Below, one piece after another: positions 19,623 through 30,071 of a DNA stretch of 64,000 nt. The DNA comes from Bacteroidota bacterium (GTDB lineage Bacteria > Bacteroidota > Bacteroidia > Bacteroidales > JACABE01): positions 5,036-69,035 of the forward strand of contig JACABE010000003.1 of NCBI GenBank assembly GCA_013377005.1, read 5' to 3'. Below the pieces are notes generated by a model, which was not told the origin of the DNA, searched no databases, and saw only the letters and a program-made list of their open reading frames with translations. The translations under genes were made by a program, and so were the position numbers. Each line of letters begins with the position of its first letter. Within the stretch, counting starts at the first letter, position 1.

Positions 19623-20624
19623 ATGAATAATAATATGCAAAAACATGCACTTAAAATCATCTGTTATATTTTTTGTAGCATTTATATAAATGCAAATTCT
19701 CAAAATGCAAATATTTCTTCTTTCACAATTAAAACTAATTATAAAACCACTTTCAATGCTGGTTTTAATGATACTATAGGTAAGTATGGATCAAATGATT
19801 TTGGAATTAGTTTTATTATTCCTGTTTACAAACATTTGTTTGTAAACAAAGAAAATAAGTCTGGATTTTACAATTTAAGCCTTTTAAATAGCAATAATCT
19901 TATTTTTTCTAAAATAGATTTCTTGGATAAAAATAATACTTTATTAAATTTAAACCTTGGAATTAAAGGCGTTTATTTTTCTGGAAATAAAAATCTATGG
20001 TTATCAAAAATTACTCTTAATTTCTTTGAAGACGAATATAGTATATCAGCCCCACATCCAAAGTTTTCAGGAACTTTTATTTTCGACAGAATTGTTAATC
20101 GCAATTTTTCTTATCATTTAGGCCTAACTTATCGTTATTCTTTTGGGATAGCATCATTTTTACCAGTTGCAGGATTAAAATATGGTATTACTGACAGATG
20201 GAAATTATTATTATCGCTTCCTTTTTATAGTTGTATTCAATATAAAGTAAACAAACAATTACAGTTATCGACAAAAATTCGCCCAACAGGTACTTTAAGC
20301 TATTATACAAATAAATCAAAGTTATTTGGACAATCTCAGGAAATCTTATTATTTAGAAAAAGAGCAAATACATTTTCGTTAGATGCGTTATATAAATTAA
20401 ATTCAAGTATTTCTATTTTAGGGGAAGTTGGAAGAGAAGCCAATCGAAAAATATATTTTTCAAATTTAAGAACAGAAATCAATAAAGAACCCATCAATTA
20501 TTTCATGTCTCGTATCAATTCAACTTGGTTCATAAACTTTGGTTTTGCTTTTAAATTAGGTAAAACAAAATCAACTGCTAATGATTATACTATTGATTAT
20601 TTTGAAGATGATTTCGATTTTTAA
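19623..20624 (+). CDS. hypothetical outer-membrane beta-barrel-like protein
   Basis: Signal peptide, alternating beta-strand-like pattern, C-terminal aromatic residue (..DFDF). Confidence 0.45.
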   Translation: MNNNMQKHALKIICYIFCSIYINANSQNANISSFTIKTNYKTTFNAGFNDTIGKYGSNDFGISFIIPVYKHLFVNKENKSGFYNLSLLNSNNLIFSKIDFLDKNNTLLNLNLGIKGVYFSGNKNLWLSKITLNFFEDEYSISAPHPKFSGTFIFDRIVNRNFSYHLGLTYRYSFGIASFLPVAGLKYGITDRWKLLLSLPFYSCIQYKVNKQLQLSTKIRPTGTLSYYTNKSKLFGQSQEILLFRKRANTFSLDALYKLNSSISILGEVGREANRKIYFSNLRTEINKEPINYFMSRINSTWFINFGFAFKLGKTKSTANDYTIDYFEDDFDF

Positions 20625-20681
20625 TTGATAAATATAAAAAAAACGATTTCTGTTCAGTAAAAAAAATTATAAACAAAATAA

Positions 20682-21548
20682 TTACAAACGAATAGCTAAC
20701 AAAGGTAAGTTGGTTTCAAAAAGATATTTTTTTGAAAAATGTTGTCCGAATAACCGTTGAAATAGATTTGTTTTATGTGGTAAAAAAATAATTAAATCAA
20801 TTTTATTTGATTTAATAAGTTTATCAATTTCATCATGTATATTATTACTTTCAAGAACATCGCAATAAAACTTTTTATCGTCAACTTCTTTTGAATAAAT
20901 TAGTTTGAGATCATCCATTTTTGAATACGCTTGCAAATAGTCATTTTTTTCGACTATGTGAACACAAAACATTTTAACATCAAAGTTTTCTAACAAGTTA
21001 AATGTTTTTCTAATTAATACATCATCTGATGTGTGTAAATCAGTAGTATACATTACATTTTTTACACCTAAAAAAGCATCAATTTCAGGAACTGCTAAAA
21101 CAGGAAACCTCAGGTTGTCAATAATTTTACTTGCAATAGTTCCAAAAACTTTTAAACTTTCACCTTTCCCTTTGGTACCAATTATAACGATTGAAGGATG
21201 AAAATCATCACAAAAATCAATAAGGTCCGACTCAAAATCGTTATTTGTTATGATAGTATTGATTGTAATCCTTGTAATATTCTCATTTTGCAACTTTAAA
21301 ATCATATCGTTTCGCAAATCAAGCATTTGTTTATTAGCACTTTGCTTAATTTCAGAATTTAATTCTGGATCTACAAAAGAATTAACTGTATAAGCATCTG
21401 GAATACTTGAATTAGTTATTAAGATATTATCAAAACAAGTGTGAAATAAACAAATTTCAGCTTTATTTATTTTTGCAATCTCTATCGCATACTTACAAGA
21501 AATGATTGTATGTTCAGAAAAATCAATAGCAACAAGAATCTTTTTCAT
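20682..21548 (-). CDS. universal stress protein, tandem Usp domains
   Basis: MKKILVAIDFSEHT..AIEIAK..CLFH start, and a second Usp-like half (MYTTDLH..MFCVHI). 288 aa. Confidence 0.7.
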   Translation of the reverse strand: MKKILVAIDFSEHTIISCKYAIEIAKINKAEICLFHTCFDNILITNSSIPDAYTVNSFVDPELNSEIKQSANKQMLDLRNDMILKLQNENITRITINTIITNNDFESDLIDFCDDFHPSIVIIGTKGKGESLKVFGTIASKIIDNLRFPVLAVPEIDAFLGVKNVMYTTDLHTSDDVLIRKTFNLLENFDVKMFCVHIVEKNDYLQAYSKMDDLKLIYSKEVDDKKFYCDVLESNNIHDEIDKLIKSNKIDLIIFLPHKTNLFQRLFGQHFSKKYLFETNLPLLAIRL

Positions 21549-21668
21549 AATAAATAATTTTAAAGTTGTTCATAAAAATTATTGTCTCATTTTTTTAATA
21601 TTTGTTTGATAATGAATTTATAGCACCTTATTTACATACCATTGATGAAAAAAACTGATGAAAGCTAA

Positions 21669-22625
21669 CTATTTTTTTGTTTTAATATAATTATTCAAAT
21701 CATCAATTGAAGATTCAAAATTAAAAGCATCATTTAATTGATAATAATTCCCTTTGTCATAAGTATATCCATATGCAAATTTAGCAACATCAAGTCGGGT
21801 AGCTTCAAAATCAAAAAGTTTTAAAATTTCTTTAACTTGCGCTGAAGTTAAACAATTATTGGAAATAACTTGCTTAGCAATAGTCAGTTTAGAGTTTTCA
21901 AACGATTTTGAAGAAATAGAAGTTTTAACGTCAGCAAACATTTGTGAAGTCATGGGATGATTGCAACCATAAGGACCATTGTATCCCTGAACTGCATTGG
22001 TAACCTGGTGCTGATTGTTTGAATAGTGAGAATTATAATCTGGTTTATTTCTAACTTCAGTTTGTTTTATAGTCGTATTTGATGTATTTTGTAAGGATGC
22101 TCTATTGGTGCTTAAGTCCATCCTTATTTTTTCATTAGAAACCGGATCAGAAATACTTACGTTTAAGTTTTCGCTATTTGAAATATCTTTATTATTAATA
22201 ACTCTTGTAGAAGTAGGTGTTGAAATGTTTTCAGTTTGAGGCTCAGAAGTTGAAAATTGGTAATCATTGTCATTTTTTGAAATAGTAGTATTTGAAATGG
22301 GTGTTTCGTTCATACCACGGATTAGCCATTTATTTTTATTGTTTTGCTTTATTACATAAGTAAACTCAAACCCATGCCTCAGGTAAATTGTTTTATCTAA
22401 TTGCCCCAATTCAGTATTTTTAAAAATAATTTTGCATTTGTACGAAAGATCTGTTAAGTCACTAATTTTTAAATTTGTACGAGCATCAGCATTTTGTTTT
22501 ATTCCGTTCAAAACAACATAAAATGGTTCTCCTTGCTCTGTAAAAAAAACCAAATTAGATTTTTGTGAAAAAGCAAAAGTGAAAATAAAAAGCGAAAGGC
22601 TTAATAAAATAGATTTCTTAATCAT
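21669..22625 (-). CDS. secreted protein with C-terminal DUF4476-like domain
   Basis: Signal peptide, low-complexity S/T/N linker, and C-terminal FENSKLTIAKQVIS..FDFEATRLDVAKFAYGYTYDKGNYYQLNDAFNFESS, as I remember DUF4476. Confidence 0.5.
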   Translation of the reverse strand: MIKKSILLSLSLFIFTFAFSQKSNLVFFTEQGEPFYVVLNGIKQNADARTNLKISDLTDLSYKCKIIFKNTELGQLDKTIYLRHGFEFTYVIKQNNKNKWLIRGMNETPISNTTISKNDNDYQFSTSEPQTENISTPTSTRVINNKDISNSENLNVSISDPVSNEKIRMDLSTNRASLQNTSNTTIKQTEVRNKPDYNSHYSNNQHQVTNAVQGYNGPYGCNHPMTSQMFADVKTSISSKSFENSKLTIAKQVISNNCLTSAQVKEILKLFDFEATRLDVAKFAYGYTYDKGNYYQLNDAFNFESSIDDLNNYIKTKK

Positions 22626-22790
22626 AACTCTTATTTTTAATAATTAATTCAAAGGTAGTTAATTTTTTGTTTAATATTACATTCAAGACCAATTTTTATG
22701 CCATTTTTTTTAATGAAAGTATATCGGCCTCGATAATTGAGTAAATCATTAAATTATCATAAATTTAAGTATTAGTTGTTAGTTATTTTA

Positions 22791-22798
22791 TAAATTTG
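22791..22798 (+). promoter_or_regulatory. TAAATTTG promoter motif
   Basis: Exact TAnnTTTG, 47 nt upstream of ATG 22845. Confidence 0.45.
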
Positions 22799-22844
22799 CA
22801 TATTCTAAAGAATAATTAGAAGAAATAAATATAAATTATTAAAA

Positions 22845-24158
22845 ATGAGCAACTTTATAGGAATCAGACACGAAGATAAGTATGTAATGGAACGCAGAGC
22901 TCCATTAACTCCCAAACATGTTAAACGATTAATTGAGCACCAAAAACTAGATTTCGTTGTTCAAACTTCTCAAAAAAGGATTTTTAGAGACCAAGAATAT
23001 ATTAATGCAGGGGCATTGATAGAGAATGATTTATCAAAATGTAATGTGATATTAGGTGTTAAAGAAATGCCCATTGATTTTTTCGAACCTAATAAAACGT
23101 ATGTTTTTTTCTCTCACGTCATTAAAGGTCAATCTTATAATATGCCAATGCTCAAAAGAATGATGGAGCTTGGTTGTAATCTTATTGATTACGAAAGAAT
23201 TGTTGATGAACAAAACAAACGTCTTATATTTTTTGGTAAATATGCAGGTTTAGCAGGTATGATTAATTCATTTTGGTCATTAGGCTTGCGATTGAAGTAT
23301 TTTGGATTTGATACACCTTTTTTACATCTTAAACAAGCTCATTTATATAATTCATTAAAAGAGGCCAAAGATGCGGTTAGTTTTGTTGGTCAGGAAATTG
23401 CAGAAAAAGGCTTGCCAAAAGAAATACAACCATTGGTAATTGGATTTACTGGTTATGGCAATGTATCTATGGGAGCACAGGAAATATGCGGTTTATTACC
23501 TGTTAAAGAAATTTCAACAGAAAAATTATTAGAATTAAAAAATCGAAAAGAATTACCCAATAACATAATCTTTAAAGTTATTTTTAAAGAAAAACATATT
23601 TCAGAGCATATCAACAAGAATACTGATTTCGATTTGTATGATTATTATCGCAATCCACAGAATTACAAAAGTAAATTTGAACAATACATTCCACATCTTT
23701 CTGTACTTATGAATTGCATGTATTGGGATGCTCGTTATCCAAGAATTATTAGTAAAGATTATCTTAAAAAGCTTTACAGCAAAGGAAACCCAAAACTAAC
23801 TGTAATTGGTGATATAACTTGCGATCCTGATGGTTCTATTGAATGCACTCATCATGGTACAGAAATTGAAGATCCGATTTTTGTTTACAATCCACTAACC
23901 AATAAATACAAAATGGGTTATGAAGGAGAAGGCATTCTTGATATGGCAGTTGATATTTTACCAAGCGAATTGCCACGTGATTCATCAGATGGTTTTGCTG
24001 ATGCTTTGACAAATTTTATTAAACCTATTGCATTTGCCGACTATGATTTACCTTTTGATGATTTGGATTTACCAAAATCATTAAAAAAAGCATTGATACT
24101 TCTTAAAGGTAAATTTACACATGAATATGAATATTTAAATGAATATCTGCTTGATTAA
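22845..24158 (+). CDS. lysine-ketoglutarate reductase / saccharopine dehydrogenase-like (alanine dehydrogenase/PNT-fold) protein
   Basis: N-terminus IGIRHEDKYVMERRAPLTPKHV closely resembles the LKR domain start (IRREDKNVWERRAPLTP). 437 aa. Confidence 0.65.
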   Translation: MSNFIGIRHEDKYVMERRAPLTPKHVKRLIEHQKLDFVVQTSQKRIFRDQEYINAGALIENDLSKCNVILGVKEMPIDFFEPNKTYVFFSHVIKGQSYNMPMLKRMMELGCNLIDYERIVDEQNKRLIFFGKYAGLAGMINSFWSLGLRLKYFGFDTPFLHLKQAHLYNSLKEAKDAVSFVGQEIAEKGLPKEIQPLVIGFTGYGNVSMGAQEICGLLPVKEISTEKLLELKNRKELPNNIIFKVIFKEKHISEHINKNTDFDLYDYYRNPQNYKSKFEQYIPHLSVLMNCMYWDARYPRIISKDYLKKLYSKGNPKLTVIGDITCDPDGSIECTHHGTEIEDPIFVYNPLTNKYKMGYEGEGILDMAVDILPSELPRDSSDGFADALTNFIKPIAFADYDLPFDDLDLPKSLKKALILLKGKFTHEYEYLNEYLLD

Positions 24159-24212
24159 AAGACTGATTTTCTGATTTTATTGACGTTGCAAAAAACGTTC
24201 ATTTTAAAATTT

Positions 24213-26090
24213 ATGATAAAATTTAAAAAATACATTGTATTTATTCTGTTGTTTCTTACCGCAATGTACGGTCATACTCAACAAGTTGATTCTTTAATAA
24301 TTGCTCGTAATAAAACTATGTATTTTTATGATAAAGTTAATTCATTTGATTTACCGAGTTTTCTAAAAATTGATACGACTATAAAAGGTTTTGAGCAATA
24401 TAACCCAACTTTCAATCGCAATTATTTTACCGAATGGAGTGGAAATATTGGCAGACCGGATAAATCAATGATTTTTGAACCGATACATAAAACCGGTTTT
24501 GATTTTGGTGTACATGTTTTTGATGATTTAATATTTACAAATTACACCCAACCTTATTTTCAGGTAAAAAAACCTTACACTTCAATTTATTATATATCAG
24601 GACCAGAGAAAGAAGATATTTTGCAAGTAATTCACAGCCAAAATATCACTAATACATGGAATATTGGTTTAAACTTCAGGGTAATGGATTCATGGGGTTC
24701 TTATCAGTGGCAAGCTTGTGATAATCGTCAACTTCTACTGAATACCAATTACTCATCACCTTTTGCGAAATATCGGGTAATGGCTGCATATTATCACAAT
24801 AGTATTGAAATTCAGGAAAATGGAGGCATTTCGATGGATTCTATTTTTGAAAATCAGATTTCAAAACAAACGTTGTCAGTTCCCGTTAATCTTCAATCGG
24901 CAAATAATCAATGGAAAGAAACCGGGATTTTTGTAAAACAATTTTATAATTTTAAAGCAATAAAAAATGATAGTGTTATTCATCGAACATTTAATCCCGG
25001 GACAATTTCACATTCTTTTCAATATATAACTCAAAAACAAATATATACTGATCAGGATGGTAAAAGCGGATACTATAACAATATATATTTTGATAGCACT
25101 AATACACATGATTCTATATATTTTCGATCATTTGAGAATAATTTTGCTTGGACCAATGGTGTAAGCGAAAATCCTCTTTTGCCTCAAGCTCTCAATTTAG
25201 TATTTGGAATCAGGCAAAAATATATTGAAGTAGAAGATACTCTTAGTAAAAAATCATTCAACCAAATAACACCTTACGCAGCCTTATCTGTTTTTGCTTT
25301 TGGAAAATTTCATTTGAATTTGAATGGAGAGTATGTAATTGGTGATTATAATGGTGGTGATTTTAGTCTTAAAGGCATTGCAAAATTTGATTTTGTAATG
25401 CATAACCCTGGGAAAAAGACTTTGATTGCAGGAGTATATTATACTCAAAAACAAGCTGATTGGATATTTTCAAAGTATAATTCAAACTATTTTAAATGGA
25501 ACTATGATTTTGATAAGCAAAACTTTTTGACTTCTTTTTTGGAATATCAAACAGGAAGTTTCAAAATGGTCGTTACTTTGCATCAAATAAATAACTATGT
25601 TTATTTAAACAACAATGTATTGCCTGATTGGCATGATAAAATGATACATATTTTATCAGTAAAACTCAAAAAAGATATTACTTGGGGGATTTTGCAAATT
25701 GATAATAATTTTGTGTATCAATACACTCCTGATAAAAGTATAATTAAAATTCCAGAAATAAGTGCTATGCAATCGTGGTATTTTAATTTACACTTATTTA
25801 AGAAATATCTTTATTTACAACCAGGCTTTAGTTTCTTTTATAATACATCGTATTATGCTGATAATTATATGCCTGCTTTAAGAATGTTTTATACACAAGA
25901 TAATAAAGTAATAGGTAACTATTTGTACACAGATATTTTTGTAAATATGCAAATTAAGCGTGCTAACGTTTTTGTAAAATATCAACATCTTAATAGTGGT
26001 TGGAAGGATTACAGTTTTTATTTAATACCCCATTATCCACAGCAATCAGGAGCTTTAAAAATAGGAATTATCTGGAGATTTTATGATTAG
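24213..26090 (+). CDS. outer-membrane beta-barrel protein (putative porin family)
   Basis: Signal peptide MIKFKKYIVFILLFLTAMYGHTQQ, then a long Y/N/F-rich beta-strand pattern. The start is moved from TTG 24180 to ATG 24213. Confidence 0.5.
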   Translation: MIKFKKYIVFILLFLTAMYGHTQQVDSLIIARNKTMYFYDKVNSFDLPSFLKIDTTIKGFEQYNPTFNRNYFTEWSGNIGRPDKSMIFEPIHKTGFDFGVHVFDDLIFTNYTQPYFQVKKPYTSIYYISGPEKEDILQVIHSQNITNTWNIGLNFRVMDSWGSYQWQACDNRQLLLNTNYSSPFAKYRVMAAYYHNSIEIQENGGISMDSIFENQISKQTLSVPVNLQSANNQWKETGIFVKQFYNFKAIKNDSVIHRTFNPGTISHSFQYITQKQIYTDQDGKSGYYNNIYFDSTNTHDSIYFRSFENNFAWTNGVSENPLLPQALNLVFGIRQKYIEVEDTLSKKSFNQITPYAALSVFAFGKFHLNLNGEYVIGDYNGGDFSLKGIAKFDFVMHNPGKKTLIAGVYYTQKQADWIFSKYNSNYFKWNYDFDKQNFLTSFLEYQTGSFKMVVTLHQINNYVYLNNNVLPDWHDKMIHILSVKLKKDITWGILQIDNNFVYQYTPDKSIIKIPEISAMQSWYFNLHLFKKYLYLQPGFSFFYNTSYYADNYMPALRMFYTQDNKVIGNYLYTDIFVNMQIKRANVFVKYQHLNSGWKDYSFYLIPHYPQQSGALKIGIIWRFYD

Positions 26091-26092
26091 AA

Positions 26093-26128
26093 GTACTTTG
26101 AATACTTTGAATACATTAAGTACTTTAA
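26093..26128. repeat. 4 x 9-bp micro-tandem repeat RTAC(T/A)TTRA
   Basis: gtactttga / atactttga / atacattaa / gtactttaa, immediately 3' of the porin gene. Confidence 0.8.
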
Positions 26129-26186
26129 GTTATTATGGATTGTCAATAAATCTATTCCTTATAAATCATTCCTAATTCCTAATTAT

Positions 26187-27149
26187 CTAAAGCAGTTTCC
26201 CTAAAATATCTTCAATAGTAATACCTTCGGCTTCGGCTTTGTAGTTTTTAACAATACGGTGACGAAGAATATTAGCTGCAACAGCTTTTACATCTTCAAT
26301 ATCAGGAGCATATTTTCCCATAATAGCAGCATGGGTTTTTGCACCGATAATTAAATATTGAGAAGCACGCGGACCTGCACCCCATGATAGATAGTTATTT
26401 ACCATTGTATGTGCATTGGGTGTATTGGGACGTGTTTGTGAGACTAATTTTACAGCATAATTATACACATTGTCAGTAACCGGAATTTTGCGTATTAAAT
26501 GTTGGAAATACAAAATTTCTTCAGCAGTAAGAACTATTTGTGGTTTAGCTTCTTTATCAACAGTTGTACTTTTTACAATATTTATTTCTTCTTCAAACGA
26601 AGGATAATCTAGCCATACATTAAACATAAAACGGTCGAGTTGAGCTTCAGGTAAAGGATAAGTTCCTTCTTGTTCTATTGGATTTTGTGTTGCCAATACA
26701 AAGAAAGGTTCTCCTATTTTATAAGAAGTTCCAGCAACTGTAACCGCTTTTTCCTGCATAGCTTCCAATAATGCTGATTGTGTTTTAGGTGGAGTACGAT
26801 TAATTTCATCGGCAAGAATAATATTAGCAAATACAGGTCCTTTTATAAATTTGAATTTGCGGGTTTCGTCTAATATTTCTGTACCAACAATATCAGAAGG
26901 CATAAGATCAGGTGTAAACTGAATCCGATTATAGGTAAGACCTAAAACTTGTGACACAGTATTTACCATAAGTGTTTTAGCTAAGCCCGGTACGCCTACC
27001 AATAAACAATGACCACGACTAAAAATAGAAATCAATATATTTTTAACAACATCGTCTTGTCCGACGATAACTTTTGAAATTTCAGTTTTAAGTAATTTGT
27101 ATTTTTCAACAAATGCATCTAATGCTTCTACGTCTGATTTATAATTCAT
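26187..27149 (-). CDS. MoxR-family AAA+ ATPase
   Basis: Walker A GVPGLAKT, Walker B ILADEINR, the PEAQLDRF block, 320 aa. Confidence 0.9.
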   Translation of the reverse strand: MNYKSDVEALDAFVEKYKLLKTEISKVIVGQDDVVKNILISIFSRGHCLLVGVPGLAKTLMVNTVSQVLGLTYNRIQFTPDLMPSDIVGTEILDETRKFKFIKGPVFANIILADEINRTPPKTQSALLEAMQEKAVTVAGTSYKIGEPFFVLATQNPIEQEGTYPLPEAQLDRFMFNVWLDYPSFEEEINIVKSTTVDKEAKPQIVLTAEEILYFQHLIRKIPVTDNVYNYAVKLVSQTRPNTPNAHTMVNNYLSWGAGPRASQYLIIGAKTHAAIMGKYAPDIEDVKAVAANILRHRIVKNYKAEAEGITIEDILGKLL

Positions 27150-27251
27150 ATTTATTTTTTAAAACTATGCAAAAGTAGCGTATTCTACTTGTTTGTAAGT
27201 ATATTTATGGATATTTGTTTATTTTAATCTGTAAGAAAATAAGAAGTCAGA

Positions 27252-28376
27252 TTATTTAACATATTTCTTCTCTAATTGTTTCCATTCATTTTCGTCAAAT
27301 TCAGGGAAGTTGCGGTAATGCCATTGACCTAATACTACTGCTTTTTTTAATAATACCAAACCTGGATTAGAGCGTATCATTGCTTTTAAAGATATGTCAT
27401 CGGAACTGTAAAATTCCAAATCAGTAATGTTTACTTCTTTTTTGAATTTAGCAATTTCATCCGGTGAATTTCCACTTAGCACAATCAAAGAAATACCTTT
27501 TGCTTTGGCTTTTTCATTGAAAATACTAATCTTTTTAAATACTTCTTTGTCAGCGGTCCTTAAATCATAAGCAGCTACAAAGAATTGAAATTCTGGATTT
27601 CTAACAAAATGCTCAGTGTAATCTGAACCTGAAGAATCAACAATAGAGAAAGAACCTAAACTTGATTTGTTAGGATTTTCAATGCGAATGGTATCATATT
27701 CCCAATTAGCCATCCATACAGTATCCTGCCAAGGTAATTCACTGGAAAGATATTCTTTGGTTTCGCCTGTTTTCTTGTTTTTATAGATAAGATAGTTTTT
27801 TATTGGTTGTGGATTGTCGGATAACATTTTATTTCCAACTTTCCATGGACGAAAATTAATAATAGGTAAATTTCTGTAATTGTAAACACTGAACCATATA
27901 AAGAGTAATGAAAAAGCAGCAATTATAAACCATTCTCTGGTATTTGAAAACCATGGCATATCTTTCTTCTTTCCGAAGAAAAGTATAAGAACAAATACCA
28001 TCAAAACCACATTCTTATAAAAAGTTTGCCAGTTGGTTAATTTAACAGCATCACCAAAACAGCCACAATCAGGTACAAGATTGTGAATTGCATCAACGAA
28101 AGTTACAATCGTGAAAAATGACATCATCAATAAAACCAACCATGCAGTTTGTTTCATTTTTACATTTAATATCAATAATACTCCAAGCACAAATTCGAAA
28201 GAGCATAAGATAATGGATAACGTTAATGAAAGGGGAATTGCCCAGTCCATTTGATAAGCCTGAAAATAGTCTGTAATTCTGTAAGCAGTTCCAAGTGGGT
28301 CAACACCCTTAACAAAGCCTGAAAAAATAAATACCAGACCTACTAAAATACGGCTGATTATTCTAAGTGTTTTCAT
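27252..28376 (-). CDS. DoxX-like membrane domain fused to a thioredoxin-fold-like C-terminal domain
   Basis: N-terminal RILVGLVFIFSGFVKGVDPLG and four TM segments, with PDCGCFGD. The soluble C-terminal half is about 190 aa. Confidence 0.55.
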   Translation of the reverse strand: MKTLRIISRILVGLVFIFSGFVKGVDPLGTAYRITDYFQAYQMDWAIPLSLTLSIILCSFEFVLGVLLILNVKMKQTAWLVLLMMSFFTIVTFVDAIHNLVPDCGCFGDAVKLTNWQTFYKNVVLMVFVLILFFGKKKDMPWFSNTREWFIIAAFSLLFIWFSVYNYRNLPIINFRPWKVGNKMLSDNPQPIKNYLIYKNKKTGETKEYLSSELPWQDTVWMANWEYDTIRIENPNKSSLGSFSIVDSSGSDYTEHFVRNPEFQFFVAAYDLRTADKEVFKKISIFNEKAKAKGISLIVLSGNSPDEIAKFKKEVNITDLEFYSSDDISLKAMIRSNPGLVLLKKAVVLGQWHYRNFPEFDENEWKQLEKKYVK

Positions 28377-28439
28377 TTTTGATAATAATTATTGATTATT
28401 ATGTTATATGTTTTAGTGAATAGAAAACATGATTAATTT

Positions 28440-28982
28440 CTATTCTTTGTTTTCCAGTTTAATCAATGCAAAAATCGAATAATTTATAATATCCATATAA
28501 TTGGCATCTACACCTTCTGAAACAAATGTTTTTCCTTGATGGTCTTCGATTTCCTTGATACGTAAGAGTTTCATTAAAATAATATCAGTCAAAGAGCTTA
28601 CACGCATATTACGCCAAACTTCACCATAATCATGATTTTTGTTTTCCATCAAGTCTTTGGTTGTGTAAATATAATTATCAAATAATTTTATGGCATTTTC
28701 TATAGATAAATCGAGATTTTGTTCAGTTCCCATTTCCAATTGAATCAAAGCAATTATTGAATAGTTAACCATGCCAATATATTCAGGTATGACACCTTCA
28801 TCTACCCGCTGAGTACCTTTTTCTTCAATGCTTCTGATACGACTTGCTTTAATATAAATCTGGTCAGTAATGGAAGGTGTGCGCAAAATACGCCATGCAC
28901 TTCCGTAATCTTTCATCTTGGCTTCGAAAACTTCACGACATTTTTTTATAACAACTTCAAATTCTTGTGACGTTCTATTCAT
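28440..28982 (-). CDS. DUF1599-like protein (two internal repeats)
   Basis: Two repeats of the KDYGSAWRILR..SITDQIYIKASRIRSIE / HDYGEVWRNMR..SLTDIILMKLLRIKEIE pattern. Divergent from folP, as I remember being common in Bacteroidota. Confidence 0.55.
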   Translation of the reverse strand: MNRTSQEFEVVIKKCREVFEAKMKDYGSAWRILRTPSITDQIYIKASRIRSIEEKGTQRVDEGVIPEYIGMVNYSIIALIQLEMGTEQNLDLSIENAIKLFDNYIYTTKDLMENKNHDYGEVWRNMRVSSLTDIILMKLLRIKEIEDHQGKTFVSEGVDANYMDIINYSIFALIKLENKE

Positions 28983-29036
28983 TTATTATTAGTATTTTAG
29001 CGACCTATTTTTAATCAAATTTTTACGCAATTAAAC

Positions 29037-29906
29037 ATGCAAATTTCAAGTGATAAAAATACAATTTTTTCGTCAAATCAAACCATAAATTGTAGAGGGA
29101 AATTAATAAATTTTAACAAAGCTTTGGTAATGGGTATCTTAAACATTACTGATGATTCTTTTTTTGATGGTGGAAAGCATATTACAGAAGCTCAATGGAT
29201 GGCTCATACGTGCAAAATGCTTTTGGATGGAGCTGATATTATTGATATCGGAGCTGCCTCTACTCGCCCGGGTGCAAAACTGATTTCAGCAGATGAAGAA
29301 GCAGAAATACTGCTACCTGTTATCCGTTCTATTCGCAAGGAATATCCTGATGCTTTGATTTCAGTAGATACCTATCATTCAAATGTAGCAAAAATATCTG
29401 CTGACAATGGGGTTGATATCATCAACGACATATCAGGCGGTGAGTTTGACAAGGCTATGTTTTCTACTATTGCTCAACTGAAAGTTCCATACATATTGAT
29501 GCATATAAAAGGTGCACCAGAGAACATGCAACAAAATCCGATTTACGAAAATCTGATAGAGGAAATGATGCTGTACTTTGCTGAAAAAATAAATACACTA
29601 AGATTATTGGGTGTAAACGATATTATTCTCGATCCCGGTTTTGGTTTTGGGAAAACAGTTGAGCATAATTATGAAATATTACAAAAACTGGATTTATTTA
29701 AGTTTCATGAATTACCTATATTGGTTGGGCTTTCCAGGAAATCAATGATTAATAAAGTGCTCAACACTTCTCCTGCTGAAGCACTAAACGGTACAACGGT
29801 GCTAAATACCATAGCTTTGCTCAAAGGAGCTAAGATAGTGCGTGTACATGATGTGAAAGAAGCTGTGGAAGCAGTGAAATTATGTGAAACAATGAATTTT
29901 ATATAA
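29037..29906 (+). CDS. folP: dihydropteroate synthase
   Basis: GILNITDDSFFDGG, DIGAASTRPG, DTYHS, INDISGG, DPGFGFGKT. Confidence 0.92.
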   Translation: MQISSDKNTIFSSNQTINCRGKLINFNKALVMGILNITDDSFFDGGKHITEAQWMAHTCKMLLDGADIIDIGAASTRPGAKLISADEEAEILLPVIRSIRKEYPDALISVDTYHSNVAKISADNGVDIINDISGGEFDKAMFSTIAQLKVPYILMHIKGAPENMQQNPIYENLIEEMMLYFAEKINTLRLLGVNDIILDPGFGFGKTVEHNYEILQKLDLFKFHELPILVGLSRKSMINKVLNTSPAEALNGTTVLNTIALLKGAKIVRVHDVKEAVEAVKLCETMNFI

Positions 29907-30071
29907 CAAATAATATTACCTTATATCGTTCAAAAAGTTTGTTTTGTCTTTTAAAAACTACTGTTTAACAAAAAACAAATTTTATTAAGAACTTATGAAG
30001 ATTATATTCCAAGAAATTAATACTTTTACCACTTCTTTTTATTATCCTATTCATTTAATAAATAATCAAGT

